DNA from: Trichoplax sp. H2
Lineage: Eukaryota
DNA length: 48,350 bases
NCBI GenBank assembly: GCA_003344405.1
Contig: NOWV01000167.1
Span: forward strand, 124,001 to 172,350
Direction of reading: 5' to 3'
Below are positions 38,863-48,350 of the stretch, piece after piece. The translations under genes and the position numbers were made by a program. Position 1 is the stretch's first letter; every line of letters starts with the position of its first letter. The notes beneath the pieces are model-generated. The model was given only the letters and a program-made list of their open reading frames with translations. It searched no databases and was not told the DNA's origin.

Positions 38863-41800
38863 CTCAAATATAATTTCTGTTCTTACCGCTGTCGCTGTTG
38901 AAGCTATGATTAGAAAATACTTGGTATTCTGCTGTTTTTAAATAGTAAAAAATAAATGGATGTTAATTTTAGCTAGAGTCGCCAGTATACAATAGATGAA
39001 AAGATGATGCTATTTAAAAGGTTAAAAATTTTTAACTTTCTATTAGAAATAGTACCAAAAATTAGAATGCTAGTTCATTACAGTAATCGATAATAATATC
39101 AATACTATTTATAATCTTGAATTATTTAACAAAAAATATAAAGAAGCTATGGTGTGAGGATTATTGGTGAAATTATATCCAATGCAGGTGTTTCATTTAT
39201 TCTTCTACCTTTAATTTAATCAATTCGAATAATTAGACAGACCTGTAACTTAATTTTATTTTATCTTCTAAAAGTAATTTATATTAGAGGGCAATATTTA
39301 ATATTACCAGTAGACATACAATAATATAAGTTTTAAAGATGCTAACTCATGTATTCGCATAAATTTAGTATCTACCCATCTCGATATTAATGTTCTGTTG
39401 CTTCATCCAAAATTGTCAAGATACAAGTTAACTACGAGATCAGAGTATTTAACATCGATTACGCAAAAAAATATGCTACAGTTTTTGAGTATACAGTATC
39501 ACGCGTTAAATTGATCTAATTCATCTTTTTATTTAGCTCGTCTAATAATTAATTATACTATCAAGAAACCATTGTCTTTCTCTACATCTACATATCTGTG
39601 TACAGGCATACAGACACAGACATAGACAACACACAAAAATTACAAATAATATCCTACTTGACTACGTCTTTCCGATTAATAATAGATTAATCTTATAATA
39701 GCTTTAAACGATTGTTTGCTCGGTTTATTTTGTTTTAGTTTTAATAAAGTCAATTCAACAACTAAAGTAGATCATTGTTTTCCTTTAACGTTGTCAACAA
39801 TTCATGAAATTTTCGAGATTTGTTTCCGAGCTACTTTTCGAAATTGAACGATGTATTTTAGAATAATAAATAATTTTGACTTAAAGTTGACAATCATTAA
39901 AGAGTCAATTCACCGTTAGTAGAAAAGTTCAGGAACGGCCATTAGTTTAAGGACTAAACCGCAATGAATATGCCCTCAACGTATAACAATAACCAAATGA
40001 TCTCTTTAGCTCCTTGCAAATCCATAATTTATTACAAAACATCCTGTCTCGGCAAAAAAGTGCGGCAATTTAAATTAAAAGTTCTAAAAAGCAGGGAAGT
40101 CAACAATTAAAATTTAATCCTATAAATTAATTAATATTTTTACATATTGTCAATTCCATTTTGTATTATCCATCTATTTATGCTTCATCTTTCATAAATT
40201 ATTCAAATATTATATTTCGCTGGCTTTCTTTAAAAATGAATATCGTACTTTTGATTTTCATTGTAGTTGTGATAAATTATTAGGATTAGAGACTAACAGT
40301 AGCTAATTTTTCGTTAATAAGTTTGAAAAGAAACTACAGTTTTGCTTAAATGCAGTAAATCCCAGATTTTACATCCTCAATTTCTTAGTCAAGTCGAATT
40401 TTCGCTATATTTACTAAAAGCTAATTTATGGCTTAATTAGGATCAATTCATGATTCACGACTATCGCTCTTTGATAATATCTCAATTGATTAAGTGGATA
40501 TTACTAAGGTTTGAATGTATATTCAATAATAACTGCAATATTAGTATTGTCCGTAGCAACATATCTTGAGTAGCATTGATGAATTTACGATTTGAAAGTA
40601 AATTTTCGTTTTCTACAACTGATAATGCCAATTTCATCTTCAGATCCTTCATCACTCTTTCAGTTCTATGATGCATCAATTTTTAGTTGAATAACGATAA
40701 TTCTTGAGAATCTTGCTCTTAGTTACAATTTTTTCTTTCTTTCATCATTAGCTACAAATAATAGCAAACAATCCCTTTGCTTATTTTAAATTGTAAAAAT
40801 TAATATGGGAGATAAATGCATAAATTTAAAGTAAACAAATTTGCAGCTCGGAGATCTAAATCGATGATTATTAAAACAAAAACCTTGAAGAGCCACCAAT
40901 ACAACTCAATTAAGTGAAAAGTATTGTGCATATTTATCTATATATAGTTAGTATAATATGAGCTGCGCTCAATAACTCTTGCAATAACTATAGTATACTA
41001 ATAATGGATATTAATTTAAAATCAAATAAATTAACCAGCTAAAGTTTGATTTAGTACATTAAATATATGTAGTAGGATAAATTATGCAGACTTCAAATTT
41101 CTGATAATAATAATTAATATACCAGATCAGCCTTATTCTTTTTAGCTAATTGCAAGGCACCCTAAATACAAGACTTATTATTGAAATGATTAATTTGGGA
41201 AATGTATTGTTTAAGATTCTACCATTAATAGAAATTCAATGCTTTCATTTTCTGTAATCTGTTTAACAGTTTGCATGCAAGTAATTCTGAATTACTCACT
41301 AGATCAATTTCATTTTTACATAATCCGTCTAAATTACTTTTATCATTTATCGCCCGCATTTTTGTTGCCTCTAAGCCCCAGACAATAAGCAATCTCTGCG
41401 TTTAAACTTTGTATCTGGATTTAAAACTAGATAAATTCGATCACGTTAATGCAAATAAATTAGAAAACTCTAGAATTCCTATTATTAATAATTAATTTTA
41501 GTATCCTAAATAACGACAATAACTGGATAAACAATATCATTTAGCTCAATTCTTCAATTTCAATTTCTGATCAAATTATATTCTTTAGTAGCTGTAAGCA
41601 AAAGTTTTCTTAATTAAAATTTAAAAGGTCAAATTATTTTCATGTTGGGTAATCTTTGAAAAGCGAACACAATTATTTTACATTGTATGATTCATCAATT
41701 AAATATACATGAACGATGCCTGCTAACCTTTGACGCATTAATTACTAGAAATATTGTTAGATGTTCCTAAATGCCTTGATTCATAGATTAATGGCTCGAA

Positions 41801-43476
41801 TAGGATATTTTCTTAATTAATATCAAATATTATCCAAAATCTAAGAAGATACGGGTATTTATTTCTTTGGGGTAGCTACAGTACGTTTATCATCATAGTT
41901 ATTATGTTTACATTTGTTAAGAAATTTATGGGGAGAAATATTGATAAAATCTATGGTAAACTATAGTTAAAATATGATTTAATGCTCATGCAACCTTCTG
42001 CTTAAATATTCTATAATCGTAACCCTTAAAATATGAATACAGTAGCATTTATTTATCCGTTACTAATGAATTATAGATATTGTTAACTATATTTAAATTA
42101 TTTGTTCTTACATACCAAAATCAGCTGTATTATTTTAGTTTCTCTGCAATTTTCTTATCCAGTTTAAATATTCAATACTATATAATTGTCCACCAGATTA
42201 ACGCCAAACGTAATCTAAATCCATGAAATCAGCTATTTTCCTATTCATACTGGATCGGATGTTGCCAATAATTTGCACCAAGATTTTCGTAAATATTGAA
42301 ATACTGTTAATAAAGATTTCCCCTCCTTATTTCATTCAGCAATCTCATTGAATAGTAAGTTAGTTAATCTGCTAAAACTTTTACCTTTTAATAACTGGTA
42401 AATTTCAAAATCTCAACATATCCAAACTTTTTAGTATTCTTAAGTTCAATAATATATTAAAAAGTTTATTTAAATATGCTAGCAAATTAATGTACTGTAG
42501 AAATTTTCGTTGATCTGATACTATTATAGATAAGACTCTATACTTTGTCAATTAATACCAGGTTTTTATGAATTAAATGTACTAACCAATGGCTGAAACA
42601 AATCACAAGGTTCGGAAGTAACCGTTTGCTAATCTAATCGCCTTATATAAATGTAAATTTGAAGTTTGAATAAATTTTTAAATCAAGTAGAATAATTTCT
42701 GGTATTATCTATCAGGATAAAAATTTACGAAATATGTCCTGATATATTTTCTAATAAGCTTACTGTAAATCTTTCAGTAGAAAATATTATAATTATTAAT
42801 TTTTTAATAAACTCGTAGTATTGCTATCGTGCGGCTTCGAGTCGGCACCAACACTAGTAGAATTTGAAAAGAAACTTTCAGAAAACTAATTTTGATAGTG
42901 ATTCTGTACATCTTGACACTCACTAAAACATGTAAACAAAATCCAGAGCGTATATGAGTGATAATGAAAATTTTAATACATGGTATAGTTTAAGTTATAT
43001 AACTGGATGTATAAATTTGAAAGATATCATCCTTAATTATCTTTATGAAATCTTAAGGTGAATAGCTGCGGCCTTTAAACGGATTGATCTTTGCTGGAAG
43101 CATTGCATACTATAAATGACTGTGTTTTAGTGCAGGAATTACTAGAATCTATTGTCGTCTTTAACACTAATTAATTTTCTCTCGTCAATTTAGTAAGTCT
43201 AATATAATTAAGATCTTAATTCATATTTTAATAATAGCTCAAACAATTGAAGTTTGCAGTTTGCAAGGGCAATGAATGATAATCATTAATTATCTAAATG
43301 GAAAATGGATTACAAAAATTACTAAGCATCAATCTTGATTCAAAATCAACTTGATGAGAAGGTTTACTCATTTAACCCTAAACTCTATCGTATTTAGTCC
43401 TTGTCTATCACTTCAAGAAGTTAATATAATAACATTCAAAATTCGAGTGATTGATTGTGACAGTATTGTATGCTGT

Positions 43477-44109
43477 TATCACAAAACAGCTTTGCAACAA
43501 GATAACGCAATATACGATTAATAAGTCAATTCCTTGAACCACGTATCAAGGAACGATATCTGCACTATCACAAACACTTTTGCTCTACTAGCAGACTACA
43601 CAAAGACTTAAACGCCTCGTATTTTACGTTAAACACTAAGTTGGACAATTCTTCTTTATTTCACGATATACTGCATTTATATACTATTCCTCAATAGTTC
43701 ATGAGTCATAGTTAATACAATTAACATTAGAATCATTTACTGAATTAGATATTAATTTTAGCTACTGCTCCCTTAATGCAGACAACAGTATTTACGAACA
43801 TAGACATATAATGACTAATACAGAATAGTCAGATTACGATATGTCCTATCACGGAACATTTCCATGATAATTTACAGTCTTCCATAAGTAAATTACAGTC
43901 ACAATGATTCGAACTGTAAGCAGATGATTTGCATTCCCTATTATAACTATTATAATTTCAGTATGTGTATAAGTGTCACTGTCATAAAAAGTCAGTGCTA
44001 TATTAAAATACAGTATATCCAAATTAGAAGTTAACTAAATAAGGATAGTCTAACAGAATTATCCTAACATAGTTATTTCTACTGTAATACAGTATTTAAC
44101 ACTGTAACA
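43477..44109 (-). mobile_element. Complete family-A solo-LTR-like element (633 bp) inserted in inverted orientation ~21 bp inside another family-A copy starting at 43456
   Basis: TATCACA...TGTAACA termini with a perfect GCTGT duplication (43472-43476 and 44110-44114). The corresponding empty site is seen at 44587-44591. Confidence 0.85.
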
Positions 44110-44570
44110 GCTGTACTGAATTTGAGTAGAAATATCTATGTTAGAATAATTTTGTCAGAATATTTTTATTAAGTTAACTTCTAATTTGGATATGAAATAC
44201 TGCGTTTAAATATAGTATTGGCTTTTTATGACAGTAGCATATATACAGTACATATACTGAAGTTAATAGTTATATTAGGGAAAGCGAATCATCTACTTAC
44301 AGTTCAAATCATTGTGATTGTAACTTACTTATGATAGATTGTANNNNNNNNNNNNNNNNNNNNGAAGTTTGCAGTTTGCAAGGGCAATGAATGATAATCA
44401 TTAATTATCTAAATGGAAAATGGATTACAAAAATTACTAAGCATCAATCTTGATTCAAAATCAACTTGATGAGAAGGTTTACTCATTTAATCCTAAACTC
44501 TATCGTATTTAGTCCTTGTCTATCACTTCAAGAAGTTAATATAATAACATTCAAAATTCGAGTTGTTGAT

Positions 44571-45213
44571 TGTGACAGTGTTGTATACTGTACTGAATTT
44601 GAGTAGAAATATCTATGTTAGAATAATTTTGTCAGTATATTCTTATTAAGTTAACTTCTAATTTGGATATGAAATACTATGTTTAAATATAGTATTGGCT
44701 TTTTATGACAGTAGCATATATACAGCACATATACTGAAGTTAATAGTTATATTAGGGAAAGCGAATTATGTACTTACAGTTCAAATCATTGTGATTGTAA
44801 CTTACTTATGATAGATTGTAAATCATCGTAGAAATATCCCGTGATAGAACATATCGTAATCTAACTATTCTGTATTAGTTATCAGATATCTACGCTCATA
44901 AATACTATTCTCTGCATTGGAGAGCAGTAGCTAAAATTAATGTCTAATTCAGTGAATGATTCCAAAGTTAATCATTTTAAGTATGTCTCATGAACTATTG
45001 AGAAAGAGTATATAAACGCAATATATCGTGTAATAAATTTAATTCTAAAATTTAGTGTCCAACGTAAAATATGAGGCGTCTAAGTTTTTATGTAGTCTGC
45101 TAGTAGAGAAAAGTGTTCCTGATAGTGCAGATATCGTTCCTTGTTAGGTAGTCCAAGGAATTGACTTATTGATCGTGCTTTACGTTATCTTTTTGCACAA
45201 CTGTTTTGTGACA
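44571..45213 (+). mobile_element. Complete family-A solo-LTR-like element (643 bp); uninterrupted version of the host at 43456-44343
   Basis: TGTGACA...TGTGACA termini, flanks TTGAT/TTGAA, TATATAAA near 45009 followed by AATAAA near 45032. Confidence 0.8.
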
Positions 45214-46764
45214 TTGAATATCAGTAACAAGGATTAATGAGAATAAGATACCCACATGCCTTCAAACTTACTGTAGTTAAGATAAGATAATACTAATAAT
45301 TTACTGAAAATTTTTGACAACCGTTATTTATCATGCAGTCAGCTATCTTGACCAAAATTGAATTAACGCTATAATTATTATATCCTGTTTTCTACTTTTC
45401 GCTAAAGATTTAAAGAAAGATTACAAAGCAGAAAATTGTGAGGAAACATTTATTATTAATTACATTATGTTATGATGTTGCACGTATATATTAATTTTTG
45501 TAGTGAAAATGGGAGATACATTAGACGTTTAGGCTTCAAAGCTTGACTTTGCTAAAATAGATAGTATTTACTGCCATTGGGTACCGCATCCTTTCTTATA
45601 AGATCCATACATACCTGTCAAATCCCATTTTCATCGAAGATCAGTTGTCCGATATAAAAAGCTGCGATATATTCTACCAGATTGTCATAATCCCGATTCC
45701 ATTTGTCAGTCGTTTAGACAAACAAACAGTGTGTACTGGAAATTAAAAGAATTCCTGAAATTTTAATAATATTTATGATCTAATATAATAGTGTATTGTG
45801 GTAATAAATCCAATCCACCCACCCTAGCCCATCCACCATTTTAAACGAGCAGCGCAGGGGTATTTATACTACTGTTAGACGAGTGTGATTATGGGTTCAT
45901 TTCAATAGGTTAGTATAAGATTCTTACAGTACTTTTTACCTCAAGATTTCTTCATGTAAAACGAATAGCTCTAAAGTAGTAATTTCTACAGAGTATTGAT
46001 TTTTAAAATAGTATCCGTTATATCGCTATAGGTGACCAATGGGCCTTTAAATTTTGATTTGATGTAATACTCTGATGAAAATTGAATAAACATAGAATCT
46101 TTATAGAGTTTTCTACACAGCCATTATGATTGTTACATTTTCTTATAACGGTTGTTATCGACAGAGCAAGCTTTGCTTGTATACGCAAGCGATCCTTAGA
46201 CACATTATAATGATTGGTATAGAATTGACCACAGTACTAAGGACATTGTACCGCACTGTAGATATCTTACAGTACCTGCTAATCTTAACTTGGTATGTTC
46301 ATCACCGTATCTTAGTTATCATAATGTGCATTGGACCATTAACTAATCTTAATATAGCTTTTCATAGCATAGCATTTCATCCGTGAATGAATTATTGAAA
46401 AGTAGTATTCTACAAGCATAGCTGTGAATATAGTAGTGCCTGGCTATTACTGGGATATATATAATGTCAAATGGTAATACTATCTGTTAATTATTAACAA
46501 ATGTGTACATTATCGTAAACCGTCAGCAAAGCAACGTGACTTTGTACTAGTTTAATTTAAAATATTCTGTATAGTATAAAATAGCGGGTAGTAAATAAAC
46601 GTAAAGAACTTGCGATATCAATTAATTAAATTACTTTAATAATGATCAGAAACTGTGATGGAGGGTTCGATATTTCGAAGGATTTAGGTTTAGTTGCCAT
46701 TTACAATTAGTACACCAAAAGTTGTATAAAAGTTATACTTTATTTTAAGTAGTAAAGTACAGTG

Positions 46765-46970
46765 AGGTAGCTACAGTAGATCAGCGTGCAAGCTGTCGTG
46801 AGTAACGTGTGAAGATTAACCAGGAAACTAACGATTTCTGAGGTGGAAATCGGTGGCATTTATAGTTTTAAAGATAGAGCTCATGCCGAGAATAGGATTG
46901 TAGAATTAGATACAACATATACCATAACAGGCTACAACATAGCTGATGATTGTAGTAAACAGCGAGTACT
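46765..46970 (+). repeat. Dispersed repeat family D, copy 2
   Basis: Collinear similarity to 25549-25770. Confidence 0.7.
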
Positions 46971-47509
46971 GTAGTAACTAAATACAGTAGCCTATACATG
47001 AATGTGAAGTAAGCAGACTGTAGATATGTCTAAATATAAGAGCAGTACAACACGTCTATATTTAAGAGTAGAGTATACTGTAAGTATATTCTACAGTATA
47101 TTCTAAATATACTATAGAAACTATATAAACTAGACTCGTCTTTGCGATTTTTAAGCGTTTAATTTTCTTGTAGATGATTATCAAATGAGTTTAACTTGTT
47201 TGGTTATAAATAAATTTGAACAACCTTGACTTTTATAATGGTCTTGATATAAGCGTTAATACGAATGACACATATACAGTTTTGCAGTTATACAATTATA
47301 GACGGTAAAATTGTTAATAGAATTGTTTACGCTCTGACTGTTATAATTAACTTAATTATTAGCTTTAAATGCCATAGCTATACCATAAGTTTTTATATAA
47401 TAAATATAGTTTTACACGAGTATTTTCTGGTATGTCTGTTGCCAATCAGTAAAGCCGCTAGTACAAAACTGATATCTTCGTCGAATCTTTAATGATATAT
47501 GAAAATACT

Positions 47510-48057
47510 TGTTACGGAGCTAGTAGCTCCGTGTTTACGATTAATAATTGTTTACAATCGTGTATGACCATGCTGACTAGCACCTAGTAGTAGAAAATAG
47601 CTGTCACGTAATTGAAGTAAGTATTATTAGTGTGGAATTGCTATATGCAGTATTAAGGCAGTTAGCAATCAATAATTGTTGGTCGCTTAATATTATTATT
47701 GCTACTGATTATTAATCGTGTATTATTATGGTCTAACAAATAGGACATAAATATTGTTTGCTGTTGTTGTGTGTGATAATTAGACTTGCTAACTGGAGTA
47801 ACTAATATTATTGGCGACAAGTATAGTGACTGTAAATAAGAAAGGGTATTTAAGTTCTCCTGAGACTAGTGTAAAGGGGAAGGCCTTAGTGTAGCTAGAA
47901 GTTAATAAAGTTATTAACCTAGATCTATGGTTTGACTCAGTCTCTTTACTATTGGAATAAGTTAGTTTTCCTTATAGAGGATTGCCTGAAGTTAGTCGGT
48001 GATCGGATAGAGTAGATAGAATAGACTAGGCCCGATCACGAAAGCTGTTTTGTGACA
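47510..48057 (+). mobile_element. Solo-LTR-like element, family B (548 bp)
   Basis: TGTTAC...GTGACA termini with a perfect 5-bp TSD ATACT (47505-47509 and 48058-48062). Shares the terminal AAAGCTGTTTTGTGACA with family A, but the interior differs. Confidence 0.8.
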
Positions 48058-48350
48058 ATACTAAATTTGTTAAACTGTGGATATGTAATTGTTAGCAAGC
48101 ATTGCTACATGTTAATAATTTGAAAGACTGCTATCATACCTTTAAGTATTAGTCGGTACTGCTCACAGAAGTAGATATGGTTGGTGTTTAATATTAATTA
48201 ATGACGTTATTTTTTATTTTAATGTGTATTAGATTTAGTTCAAGACAATTACACACTTACGCGGATATATTTCATAGTTCACTTATTACTTTTTCACAAC
48301 GATAGAAATTAATATCTGCATAATAACAGTTCAAACCAGTGCCATCTATG

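Noticed and set aside
43249-44800. Real segmental tandem duplications around the N gaps
   Set aside because: Each duplicate starts right at a 20-N gap, differs by only a few substitutions, and in three cases differs by a discrete indel, which fits uncollapsed alleles better.
45615-45737. Minus-strand exon-like segment with good AG and GT sites
   Set aside because: All three frames contain stops and no partner exons were identified.

Overview
AT-rich eukaryotic genomic DNA with GT-AG introns, rhodopsin-class GPCRs and four 20-N assembly gaps. It looks like an early-branching animal, and a placozoan such as Trichoplax is my inference, not a verified assignment. Four genes can be assembled: a 5-exon COQ2 (+, ~4244-6848), a 3-exon fungal-His2-like PHP-family histidinol-phosphatase homolog (-, 9409-13295), an intronless class A GPCR (+, 29896-30906) and a 3-exon class A GPCR (-, 36571-38862). 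The most notable signals are three. (1) The His2-like ORF is intact and cleanly spliced, yet most canonical metal-binding His/Asp positions are substituted, which suggests a conserved pseudoenzyme in a lineage not expected to make histidine. (2) A family of ~550-640 bp TG...CA elements with 5-bp target-site duplications (solo-LTR-like, no gag/pol here) nests into its own copies, and two insertions are seen with an empty allele across assembly gaps. (3) A ~7-kb block (~21.1-28.5 kb) holds decayed, apparently intronless minus-strand ORFs, including two arrays of fossil protein-repeat units. Several degenerate non-coding tandem repeats are also present.
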